Shown one piece after another: positions 1 to 14,954 of a DNA stretch of 64,000 nucleotides (positions within the stretch are counted from its first letter, which is position 1; the number at the start of each line of letters is the position of its first letter). The stretch is from NCBI GenBank assembly GCA_964016885.1, contig OZ024759.1:7688001-7752000 (forward strand), given 5' to 3'. The translations under genes were made by a program, and so were the position numbers. Below the pieces are notes generated by a model, which did not search any database, had not been told where the DNA came from, and saw only the letters and a list, made by a program, of their open reading frames with translations. Source of the DNA: Eledone cirrhosa. Lineage: Eukaryota.

Positions 1-316
1 TAATTTTTTCCTTAGTTCGTTTATGCTTTGCCGTTCACGTATATTACTATTGCACATCCAGCGGAGCATGCAAACTTCGTTCCTCTCTAGTCTGCGTATA
101 TCCTCTGCACACAATGCCCAGGTCTCACTGCCATGCAACATTGCTGTTCGTATGCAGGCATCATATAACCTACCTTTCATTTTTAGGGAGAACCCTTTAG
201 CGGCTAATAGTGGTATAAGCTCTCTGAACTTTTTCCATCCAGTTCTGACTCTAGCTACTGCACTTTCAGAGCACCCTCCCCCACTGCTGATTTTGTCACC
301 CAGGTAACGGAAGCTG
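1..316 (-). mobile_element. RTE-clade LINE fragment (C-terminal part of RT ORF)
   Basis: Reverse complement is nearly identical to ~42303-42618 of the RTE ORF (SFRYLG...HGSETW...ERNE); cut by the window edge. Confidence 0.9.
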
Positions 317-489
317 TATATATATATATACCGCGATAAATTAACGGAGCCATAGAGTCTCGCTATTTTTAATTATTGTGTGTCTACCCTGCCTTTCATA
401 GGTTATGGATTCCATACACTGTGGTTTTTCCTTTTTTTATTGATGGCGCACTATCTCTCTCTAGCGTGTTACCTTTTCAACATATTGTG

Positions 490-526
<37 letters not shown>

Positions 527-569
527 TTAGGAATAACCAAAGAGTGCTTAGAAATACATTGTTTTATTT

Positions 570-614
570 GCTAACAGTGTTTCATCCATACCCTAGGGCA
601 GGATTCATCAGAGC
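570..614 (-). ncRNA. Minimal type I hammerhead ribozyme motif
   Basis: Minus strand GCT-CTGATGA-ATCC...GGAT-GAAAC-ACT-GTT-AGC: core boxes, stem II, short stems I and III. Confidence 0.65.
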
Positions 615-1016
615 CTATAAACAAAAATATATCAAAGGTTGCAGGCTCCATCGAGCTCAGTCACTTGAAGGACAAGTAGGGGGGTTCCAGTCCAGCGCTG
701 TATAGAACAACACTCAATACATGATACATATAATGTCATAGAAAATTACATCAAATGTGTATCACATAAATGGTGCAATAGATCTTAAGGAGGTTGAGAG
801 AGGAGAGCAAGAAATGAATGAGGGTGTTATTCAGCATGATCAAAACACAAAATAAAGCATAGACACATCAATTCACAAGCAGTGCAAATACATGATTTAC
901 AGGCAGAGTATGAAAGCTTGTAAGCAGGAGTCAGTAAAAAGAGAAGTTGGTTAGCTGTGGTGCAGCTTTACAGGCAGGATTGTTTATAGGAAAGATGGTG
1001 CACTCCAGTAGTATCG

Positions 1017-2143
1017 CCTTGTAACAGGTCGATTTCTCCATATCAGGCCACCACCTCTATCGATTGGTTCCAGTTCCAAGCATTAGGCGACATAATACCA
1101 GGTTTCCAAACACATGCATAGAGGACTTCTCCACAGAGGCAGTCTGCAATAAACACCTTAAATCTAAAATAGAATACAATGAAGTGGGGTAAAGTAGAGT
1201 ACATGCACTGCTGGCACTCCAATGAAGAAAGTGAAAATAAAACAGGTCCCCAATATCTGCTATCTCTTAAAGTCTTCACGTTCGGTTACGCAACCCAACG
1301 TCCCACGTGAAATACACTGTATGGCCAAGTTGGCATCGAACTAAAGTGCCATACCATATGTAAATATACAACAGTAAATGCTATTCATTGGGAGTTACTA
1401 ACGAGCAGATAACTTTTGAAATTGTGGAATATGAATTGTGCTGCAAATATGATAAATTATAAAACCACATTCAAGGCAATGTGCGACAGTTGATATTGAC
1501 TTCCAGCCGACTCAGGAAAGATTACAACCTCCAGATTCAGTAATCTACAGGACAACCACGTGGTGGGCATGTAAACAACATTGTTGTCATTGGTAGTTTT
1601 AGCCGTGAGTTTACTATATCTTCTGCAGTACTTGCACACACCAGAAATTTACACTTATTCTAATAAGCTCGCTTATTAACGTAGCCATCACTGCTTTTCC
1701 TTCACCCTGCCCTAGGTAATTCCATAAGTGGAGTTTTCTATATATGCTTTCTGTCTACGAGACTGACTAGCCATTACGAATAGCATTTACTGTTGTATAT
1801 TTTCATATGGTATGGCACTTTAGTTCGATGCCAACTTGGCCATACAGTGTATTTCACGTGGGACGTTGGGTTGCGTAACCGAACGTGAAGACTTTAAGAG
1901 ATAGCAGATATTGGGGACCTGTTTTATTTTCACTTTCTTCATTGGAGTGCCAGCAGTGCATGTACTCTACTTTACCCCACTTCATTGTATTCTATTTTAG
2001 ATTTAAGGTGTTTATTGCAGACTGCCTCTGTGGAGAAGTCCTCTATGCATGTGTTTGGAAACCTGGTATTATGTCGCCTAATGCTTGGAACTGGAACCAA
2101 TCGATAGAGGTGGTGGCCTGATATGGAGAAATCGACCTGTTAC

Positions 2144-2147
<4 letters not shown>
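1017..2147. repeat. Inverted duplication with 370-bp arms (1017-1386 / 1778-2147) and 391-bp spacer
   Basis: The same 78-aa ORF appears on both strands; arms are reverse complements with about one mismatch seen. Confidence 0.95.
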
Positions 2148-2990
<843 letters not shown>

Positions 2991-3164
2991 ATATAATAAC
3001 TAGAAAATTGATTAACATATAAATATACATGAATAATCACAGGAGATAATTTTTACAAGCGTGTAACCACGCATGGCTAGTTTGGGTAGTAATTAAATTT
3101 ATACCTTTAAGTATGATTAACCTTCCTTGTATATATCCCATTAAAGAAATATATTTCACTAATT

Positions 3165-4050
3165 AATAATAATGAATGAAATTATTGTGTAAATTGCTCA
3201 GGTGCACTACAACTCGTCAATATAGTACATAGAATAATACACAAATGTCAGGGAAGTACATGTGTGTATGTGTTAGCTGTAGTGTTGGCGGATCTCGGGA
3301 AGCATAGAGGCCTTAAAGGATGCAGTGTCACGACAGATAACAACTGATGCAGGTAGTTTGTTCCATGGAGGCCTTAAAGGATGCAGTGTCTCGACAGCTA
3401 ACAACTGATGCAGGTAGTTTGTTCCATGGAGGCCTTAAAGGATGCAGTGTCACGACAGATAACAACTGATGCAGGTAGTTTGTTCCATGGAGGCCTTAAA
3501 GGATGCAGTGTCACGACAGCTAACAACTGATGCAGGTAGTTTGTTCCATGGAGGCCTTAAAGGATGCAGTGTCACGACAGCTAACAACTGATGCAGGTAG
3601 TTTGTTCCATGGAGGCCTTAAAGGATGCAGTGTCACGACAGCTAACAACTGATGCAGGTAGTTTGTTCCATGGAGGCCTTAAAGGATGCAGTGTCTCGAC
3701 AGCTAACAACTGATGCAGGTAGTTTGTTCCATGGAGGCCTTAAAGGATGCAGTGTCACGGCAGCTAACAACTGATGCAGGTAGTTTGTTCCATGGAGGCC
3801 TTAAAGGATGCAGTGTCACGGCAGCTAACAACTGATGCAGGTAGTTTGTTCCATGCTTCAGCAACTCTGAGCGTGAAAAAATGTTTCCGAAAGTCATGGG
3901 AACTGTGCTGTTTTCTTACTTTGTGGGCATGTCCACGTGTGTTAGACACATGGAAATCAAAAAGGTACTCAGGGTTGTTGGCAAGATGGTTAACAATTTT
4001 GTGGGTGTTTATTAAGTCAGTTGCCAGGCGTCGGAGCTTCAGATGGTAAG
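3165..4050 (-). mobile_element. CR1-group LINE 3' end (ORF2 C-terminus and 3' UTR)
   Basis: RR..DLI..HKI...TRGH..K....RKHFFTLRVAEAWNKLP..VV......FK motif; a similar 3' UTR occurs at ~45605-45795. Confidence 0.85.
3308..3854. repeat. 61-bp tandem repeat (~9 copies) derived from CR1 ORF2 end
   Basis: Unit GGAGGCCTTAAAGGATGCAGTGTCACGACAGCTAACAACTGATGCAGGTAGTTTGTTCCAT. Confidence 0.95.
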
Positions 4051-4319
4051 TCACGGAAAGTGGATATTATTGGATTGTCAACAAGGAAGAATAATGTCCA
4101 GCTATCCATGCTCACATGTGTTCAAATCCTGATCTGGCCACTACCACGTGTTGTGTCTACACATAACAGCAGCTTCGTTTCAGTGGCGTGAATAGGTATT
4201 TGACAACTAGAAATAGCAGTCAAATTCCCTTCAATAGAAATAGCTCTACAATTAAGGAGCCGTATATATATATATCTATATCCAAAATTAAATTCATTTA
4301 ATTTATCTTAATTTTGGAT

Positions 4320-5492
<1,173 letters not shown>

Positions 5493-5566
5493 CTGTAGAA
5501 ATCAAGCCAGAATCAGTTTCCGTCCCACCCTTGCAAGCAGGGAAAAGCGGATGTAAAATGATGATG
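5493..5566 (+). mobile_element. 3' tail fragment of SINE family 1 / RTE
   Basis: CTGTAGAAATCAAGCCAGAATCAGTT...CAGGGAAAAGCGGATGTAAAATGATGATG; matches ~44877-44957. Confidence 0.8.
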
Positions 5567-5854
5567 AGATATATATATATAGGGACTCGTTTGCCTTTAA
5601 AATGTGAGGGGGACAAACCAACATTTGTTGATTCTTAAATGAGCATAAATTGCTTATTGTCCCTATCCCGGCCCCTATTACATAAGTATTTTATGCTAAT
5701 TAAATTTTATATATTCAAATGAAGTTCAGATATAAAAAATTAAGCTTAAAAAGAATTTATTATATCGAATAAACAAAATTTTTAATTTTTAGCAAATGGA
5801 TGTAAATATCGAACGAAATTCAATACCAATTGCAAGTTAGGGTCTATATTTCAT

Positions 5855-6193
5855 TTTTCATTTCATTTCATTTTACGTCCACTTCTCCCTGCTTGCAAGG
5901 GTGGGACGGGAACTGATTCTGGCTTGATTTCTACAGCTGGATGCCCTTCCTAACACCAACCTCATTTACAGTGAGTGCTGGGTGCTTTTTTGCCATGGCA
6001 CCTCCACGACCACTTTGCAGTGGAATGATAGGGACCCCAGTCCTTATCATCTCATTTCTACAGCTGAGTAAACTGGAGCAATGTGAAATAAAGTGTCTTG
6101 CTCAAGGAAACAACACATCACCCAGTCTGAGAATTGAACTCACAACCTTTCGATTGCAAGGCCAATGCTCTAACCACTAAGCCATGTGCCTCC
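5855..6193 (-). mobile_element. Full-length tRNA-derived SINE (family 1) with RTE-type tail
   Basis: Minus strand: A box TGGCTTAGTGG, B box GAGTTCAATTC, body CCTTGAGCAAGACACTT and GTTAGGAAGGGCATCCAGC, tail shared with the RTE at ~34225-34272. Confidence 0.85.
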
Positions 6194-6707
6194 ATAGTCA
6201 TATAAATATATACACATAAATAAACATGTAAAAATATGTATTATACATATGTATGGCTTGTTAGTGGGATTTTCTTTGTTTTTTTTAATTGGGGAAAAGT
6301 AGGGGGGACAAAAGATGGTTTATCCACCGTTCCTGAAAAACTGTGTGTGTGTGTGTGGGGGGGAGGGATTGTCCCCTGGTACCCCCTAAAACAAGGTCCT
6401 TGTATACATATATATGTATATATCAGTGGCAAAGAGTAACCTGGAAAGTAGGGCATGCACTCCAATCGCCATGGCGGAAAGTGGGCCTGTCCCCCCCCCC
6501 CCCATTCCCTCTAAATGACCCTCCCGGTCAAAGCCGCATGTAGTGTTATCTAGTGTGTGTGTGTGTGGGTGTCTGTATGTGTTATCTTTTTATGTGTCTA
6601 CGATTTAGTAAGCAGCCAAAAGTCTGCTTGCTTCAACTCAAGATTCTATAACGCATGCACGCACCCTTCGCCCCTGATATATATATATGTATATATATAT
6701 ATATATG

Positions 6708-6847
6708 ACTAGTCCAGAAATAGCCGTCGAAACGGCTTGAGCTCTGCCGTCGGGGTCATACTTTCTCCTATTACCCACTCTACTACCCTAAGTATTGAGT
6801 ACTCTGGTGCGTTATGGTCCATCTGGTTCCTTACCACAACTCCTTCG

Positions 6848-6850
<3 letters not shown>
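6708..6850 (+). mobile_element. Short repeat with 3' half of a hammerhead motif (Penelope pLTR-like)
   Basis: GAAACGGC-loop-GCCGTC-GGGGTC, then TTGAGTACT and (TA)n; homologous to 14612-14752 and, inverted, ~45415-45590. CUGANGA box absent. Confidence 0.5.
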
Positions 6851-6884
<34 letters not shown>

Positions 6885-6949
6885 TGGTATAAATATATAT
6901 ATATTGAATTATGGGTATGTATATAGCTATAAATATATATATATATATA

Positions 6950-7404
6950 TGGAAAGTTATATTTAAATTGTTGGGTTACAACTAGTAAATATTTATAACT
7001 GATATAAAAGCACTCAACAAGTATTTGGAGTATATATACGATATTAAATAAATGGAAACTATATTTATAAAACCATATCTATTTCATTATATATATTTCA
7101 GGGATATCATATTAACAATATGTTATGCCTTCCTCAGACAAAATACAATATAGACAGTTTTATAGATAAATAGATTTGACATACCGTTCAACATCGACTT
7201 GTATTTGAAAAAGTTGATTTGCCAAATCAACTTTTTCAAATACAAGTCGATGTTGAACGGTATGTCAAATCTATTTATCTATAAAACTGTCTATATTGTA
7301 TTTTGTCTGAGGAAGGCATAACATATTGTTAATATGATATCCCTGAAATATATATAATGAAATAGATATGGTTTTATAAATATAGTTTCCATTTATTTAA
7401 TATC

Positions 7405-7410
<6 letters not shown>
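6950..7410. mobile_element. Fold-back module with two opposed hammerhead motifs (7080-7145 minus, 7299-7364 plus)
   Basis: About 190-bp arms centred on 7222; TATTTTGT-CTGAGGA-stem II-GAAAT-ATAT-ATA-ATGAAATA. Confidence 0.8.
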
Positions 7411-7455
<45 letters not shown>

Positions 7456-7509
7456 TATATAATGAAATAGATATGGTTTTATAAATATAGTTTCCATTTA
7501 TTTAATATC

Positions 7510-7558
<49 letters not shown>

Positions 7559-7929
7559 CCCATAATTCAATATATATATATACCACTCTGTATATATACC
7601 ATTGAAGATATACGTATGTATATAGCTATATATATAAATCTATATATATATATATATTTATATATATAGCTATATACATACCCATAATTCAATATATATA
7701 TATACCACTCTGTATATATACTTTGAAGACATACGAGCATGTTACATACACTATACAAATATCACACTGTCACGCATACGCATATATAAACACACTCGCA
7801 CACACATACACAGGCACGTTGTCACACACACACAAACACACTCACACGTGACAAAACACTTTCCATTGATGAAAATGATAAAAATAGCTGCTGTTTGTGG
7901 TAAAGGAGGAGGAGGTAAGCTTTGGGGGA

Positions 7930-8816
7930 TGGTAGCAGTGGTAGAGGTGATAATGGCAGTAGTGGTGGCAGTAGTAGCGGTGGTAGTGGTTGTGGTAGTG
8001 GTAGAGGTGATAATGGCAGTAGTGGTGGCAGTAGTAGCGGTGGTAGTGGTTGTGGTAGTGGTAGAGGTGATAATGGCAGTAGTGGTGGCAGTAGTAGCGG
8101 TGGTAGTGGTTGTGGTAGTGGTAGAGGTGATAATGGCAGTAGTGGTGGCAGTAGTAGCGGTGGTAGTGGTTGTGGTAGTGGTAGAGGTGATAATGGCAGT
8201 AGTGGTGGCAGTAGTAGCGGTGGTAGTGGTTGTGGTAGTGGTAGAGGTGATAATGGCAGTAGTGGTGGCAGTAGTAGCGGTGGTAGTGGTTGTGGTAGAG
8301 GTGATAATGGCAGTAGTAGTAGAGGTGGTAGCGGTGGTGGTAGTAGAGGTGGTAGTGGTGATAGTAGTAGAGGTGGTGATAGTAGTAGAGGTGGTAGCGG
8401 CGGTGGTAGTAGTAGAGGTGGTAGTAGTAGTAGTAGTAGTAGCGGTGGTAGTAGTAGAGGTGGTAGCGGTGATAGTAGTAGAGGTGGTAGTAGTGGTGGT
8501 AGTAGTAGAGGTGGTAGTGGTAGTAGTGGTGGTAGTAGTAGAGGTGGTAGTGGTAGTAGCGGTGATAGTAGTAGAGGTGGTAGTAGTAGAAGTAATAGTA
8601 GAGGTGGTAGCGGAGGTAGTAGTAGTGGTGGTAGAGGTAGTAGCCGTGGTAGCAGTAGCGGTGGTAGTAGTAGTAGTAGTAGTAGCGGTGGTAGTAATAG
8701 AGGTGGTAGTAGTGGTAGTAGAGGTGGTAGTGGTAGTAGAGGTAGTAGTAGTGGTAGCAGTAGTAGCCGTGGTAGCAATAGAGGTGGTAGTAGTAGTAGT
8801 AGTGGAGGTAGTGGCG

Positions 8817-8848
<32 letters not shown>

Positions 8849-8852
8849 GGTG

Positions 8853-8902
<50 letters not shown>

Positions 8903-8997
8903 GGTGGTGGTGGTGGTGGTGGTAGTGGTGGTGGTGGTGGTGGTGGTGGTGGTAGTAGTAGTGGTGGTAGTGGTGGTGGTAGTGGTGGTGGTAGTAG
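7930..8997. repeat. GGT/AGT triplet-based repeat; 7930-8295 is a perfect 60-bp unit x~6
   Basis: Successive 60-nt lines 7981-8280 are identical. Confidence 0.95.
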
Positions 8998-9365
8998 ACA
9001 TTCAGACATGACCCCCCCCCCCTCCTCTGTCCTTATTCCAATCAAGGTTATCCGAAAGATGTTCAATACTAGTTGTGTCGTGTCCTTGTGTGGGTGGTGG
9101 TGGTGAGGGTGGTGGTAGTGATGTGGGGGTGGTGTAGTGGTGGTGAGGGTGGTGTAGTGGTGGTGAGGGTGGTAGTAATGATGGTGGTTGGGCGAGGTTT
9201 GAGGGACGTTTGGCTGCTATTTTTAGCATGCCCAGAGGTCACCTTGCAGTTATCTCACATGGTTCGTTTCAGTATTGTGGTTGTCGTTTAGCCCCAGGCC
9301 ACACGTGGTTTGAGGGAAGTTTGGCTGCTATTTTTAGCACGTGAAGAAACTAGTATTGTAGAGGC

Positions 9366-10178
9366 TGGTGGTGGTGGTGGTGGTGTTGGTGGTGGTGGTG
9401 GTGGTGTTGGTGGTGGTGTTGTTGTTGTTGGTGGTGGTGGTGTTGTTGGTGGTGGTGGTGGTGTTGTTGGTGGGGGTGGTGGTGGTGTTGTTGGTGGTGT
9501 TGGTGGTGGTGTTGGTGGTGGTGTTGGTGGTGGTGTTGGTGGTGGTGTTGTTGGTGGTGGTGGTGGTGTTGTTGGTGGGGGTGGTGGTGGTGTTGTTGGT
9601 AGTGTTGGTGGTGGTGTTGGTGGTGGTGTTGGTGGTAGTGTTGGTGGTGGTGTTGGTGGTGGTGTTGGTGGTGGTGTTGGTGGAGGTGTTGTTGGTGGTG
9701 GTGGTGTTGTTGGTAGTGTTGGTGGTAGTGTTGGTGGTGGTGTTGTTGGTGGTGTTGGTGGTGGTGGTGGTGTTGTTGGTAGTGTTGGTGGTGGTGTTGT
9801 TGGTGGTGTTGGTGGTGGTGGTGTTGTTGTTGGTGGTGTTGGTGGTGGTGGTGTTGTTGGTAGTGTTGGTGGTGGTGGTGTTGTTGGTGTTGTTGTTGTT
9901 GTTGTTGTTGGTGGTGTTGTTGTTGGTGGTGTTGGTGGTGTTGTTGGTGTTGTTGGTGTTGTTGTTGGTGGTGTTGGTGTTGTTGGTGTTGGTGTTGTTG
10001 GTGTTGGTGTTGGTGGGGTGTTGGTGTTGTTGTTGTTGGTGTTGTTGGTGTTGTTGTTGGTGGTGTTGTTGGTGTTGTTGGTGTTGTTGGTGTTGTTGGC
10101 GTTGGTGATGTTGCTGGTGGTGGTGTTAGTAGTTTATAGTGGTGGTGGTAGTGGTGGTGGTAGTGGTGGTGGTAGTGG
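9366..10178. repeat. (GGT)/(GTT) trinucleotide tract
   Basis: Direct inspection. Confidence 0.97.
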
Positions 10179-10229
10179 TCATGTCTTGTGATCTGTAAAT
10201 TGCTTTATGTCCAAAATATGTGTGGGGGG

Positions 10230-11035
10230 AATACACATTCACACACACACACACATACGTACACACCATACACACACATACATATATACATACATATATT
10301 TATATATACATACACACATACGTACACACCATACACACACACACATACATATATATACATACATATATTTATATATACACACACACATACGTACACACCA
10401 TACACACACATACATATATACATACATATATTTATATATACATACACACATACGTACACACCATACACACACACACATACATATATATACATACATATAT
10501 TTATATATACACACACACATACGTACTCACCATACACACACATATATATATACATACATATATTTAGATATACATACACACATACGTACTCACCATACAC
10601 ACACATACATATATATACATACATATATTTATATATACATACACACATACGTACTCACCATACACACACACACATACATATATATACATACATATATTTA
10701 TATATACACACACACATACGTACTCACCATACACACACACATAAATATATATATATACATATATATATTTATATATACATACACACATACGTACACACCA
10801 TGCACACACATACATATATATACATACATATATTTATATATACATAATACACACATACGTACACACCATACACACACATACATATATATATTTATACACA
10901 TTCACACATACAAATGCATTCATTGTCAAACACACTCAAACACACACACACGCAAATACATACATGTAAGCATACACAAACACACACACGCAAATACATA
11001 CATGTAAGCATACACAAACACACACAAGTACATAC
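10230..11035. repeat. CA/TA-based ~60-65-bp minisatellite
   Basis: Recurrent CATACGTAC(A/T)CACCATACAC anchor. Confidence 0.9.
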
Positions 11036-11089
11036 ACTATTGATTTTATCTGTTCATTAAATAACTGATCTGCCACTTTCTTTATATAG

Positions 11090-11520
11090 CTCTCTCTCTC
11101 TACCCCTCTCTCTATCTATCACTATCTTTATCTCTCTCTCCACCCCTCTCTCTCTATCTCTCACTATCTACCCCTCTCTCTATCTCTCACTATCTACCCC
11201 TCTCTCTATCTCTCACTATCTCTCTCTCTCTCTCTACCCCTCTCTCTATCTCTCACTATCTCTCTCTCTCTCTCTCTACCCCTCTCTCTATCTCTCACTA
11301 TCTCTCTCTCTCACTATCTCTCTCTCCACTCCTCTATCTCTCTCTATCTCTCCATCCCTCTCTCTATCTCTCTCTCTGTACCCCTCTCTCTATCTCTCAC
11401 TATTTCTCTCTCTCTACCACCCTCTCTCTCTCTACCACCCTCTCTATCTCTCAATCTCTTTCTCTCTACTCCTCTCTCTACCGCTCTCTCTCTATCTCTC
11501 ATCCTCCCACTCTCACTCTA
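11090..11520. repeat. CT-rich polypyrimidine tract
   Basis: Direct inspection. Confidence 0.95.
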
Positions 11521-11574
11521 ACCTTTCACTATTGCAAGATGTCAAAATACCTTTTAATCCGGAATAAACAGTGT

Positions 11575-13422
<1,848 letters not shown>

Positions 13423-13424
13423 TT

Positions 13425-13680
13425 GGTGCTACTGGTAACATGTATCCCATTACAACCTGTCTCATAGTCGGGTCGTTGGCGACTAAACTGGCAACCCCAC
13501 CAAGGTTTCTTGGTGAGGAGGGTGACTTTGGACATCCTGCAGGACTAAAAACAAAACCTGTCAAAGGGCAAAGGAGCTCTTAAGAGTCAATGGCCATCCA
13601 AAATCACCGCGAGAGATGACCCCTTAACCTTTGTCAAGGCAGAATTCTAGGAGAAGGAAAACTCTGCAACCCTGATGGTA
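13425..13680 (+). mobile_element. Probable RTE 5' UTR fragment
   Basis: CTAGGAGAAGGAAAACTCTG motif resembles RTE 5' UTRs; the start is homologous to ~31337-31404. Confidence 0.45.
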
Positions 13681-14006
13681 TCCAAAGATGTTGATTTGTT
13701 CTTCTTTTTGGTAAATATCTTCTTGGTTAAGAGAGTGGGACTGGCTTTGTGCAGTGCCTTTGCTCACTATAAAAGCTTCACGGCACAGGCATTGCTTTAT
13801 ATCTGGAGATCTCTCTGCACTTGTCGTCACATGGTACCATGGGCCCAGCACTATGTGTCAATAATTGTCACAAGTGTAGTGTTTGTACCAGAGTTTTCAA
13901 TTCGCTGGCTGGACTAAAAAGTCACACTCGTTCAGCGCATCGGTAGGGGTTCTCCTACATGGATATAAAGTAGTGGCCGTACTCGAAAACGAGTTGGCAG
14001 CCACCA

Positions 14007-14045
<39 letters not shown>

Positions 14046-14049
<4 letters not shown>

Positions 14050-14492
14050 GATATTAACAAATGGAAACTATATTTATAAAACCATATTTATTTCATTATA
14101 CATATTTCAAGGACACCACGTTAAATTGTGGTGTGCTTTCATCAGACAAAATATAATATAGATCAGTTTTATAAACAAATATTGACATACCCTTAAAGAA
14201 TGCAACCATTACTGTTGGAAGCTCCCAGATAGCTTCCAACAGTAATGGTTGCATTCTTTAAGGGTATGTCAATATTTATTTATGAAACTGATCTATATTA
14301 TATTTTATCTGATGAAAGCACACCACAATTTAACGTGGTGTCCTTGAAATATGTATAATGAAATAAATATGGTTTTATAAATATAGTTTCCATTTGTTAA
14401 TATCGTATGTTTACTCCAAATACTTGTTGAGTGCTTTATATCAGTTATAAAAATATTTGTTTGTTGTATCCCAACAATTTAAATAGAACTTT

Positions 14493-14497
<5 letters not shown>
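14046..14497. mobile_element. Fold-back module with two opposed hammerhead motifs (14089-14153 minus, 14301-14365 plus)
   Basis: About 178-bp arms with 7-nt loop at 14224-14230; TATTTTAT-CTGATGA-AAGCACACCAC/GTGGTGTCCTT-GAAAT-ATGT-ATA-ATGAAATA. Confidence 0.85.
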
Positions 14498-14550
<53 letters not shown>

Positions 14551-14579
14551 GTGTGTGTATATATATATATATATATATA

Positions 14580-14752
14580 GGAACCAGTAAGACCCCGACA
14601 GCTGAGCCATTTTAGTCCAGAATTAGCCGTCGAAACGGCTTGAGCTCAGCTGTCGGGGTCTTACTGGTTCCTATTACCCACTCTACTACCTCAAGTATTG
14701 AGTACTTTGGTGCGTTATGGTCCACCTGGTTCCTTACCACATTTCCTTCGTT
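14580..14752 (+). mobile_element. Short fold-back module with hammerhead 3' half
   Basis: GAACCAGTAAGACCCCGACAGCTGAGC inverted against GCTCAGCTGTCGGGGTCTTACTGGTTC; flanked by (TA)n. Confidence 0.55.
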
Positions 14753-14954
14753 ATATATATATATATATATATATGTGTGTAAACGATGCCAAGTGAAGTT
14801 AAGAATGGTGCCAGTATCGTTATTTACCGAAATTCTTCTAATTTTCGGTAAATTGTTGCCTGGCATCCTGACGTACTGTGTGGGCACTACCCTGCTATTA
14901 GCGGTCACAAGTGAAAGTTTCGTCAACCTTCTCAATCGTAAACATCCTTTATAA

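Noticed and set aside
1387-1777. GIY-YIG endonuclease remnant (NNVVY) in the inverted-repeat spacer
   Set aside because: No YIG/YVG, Arg or Glu motifs follow.
6110-6193. tRNA gene
   Set aside because: The A/B boxes run into a SINE body and LINE-type tail, and the sequence is multi-copy; the same applies to 28863-28955.
6260-6535. MITE-like G/C-run segments
   Set aside because: I could not define matching terminal inverted repeats or target-site duplications.
7751-10191. Poly-T/P/G/V ORFs resembling mucin or glycine-rich proteins
   Set aside because: They are trinucleotide repeats open in several frames on both strands, with no unique domain or splice evidence.
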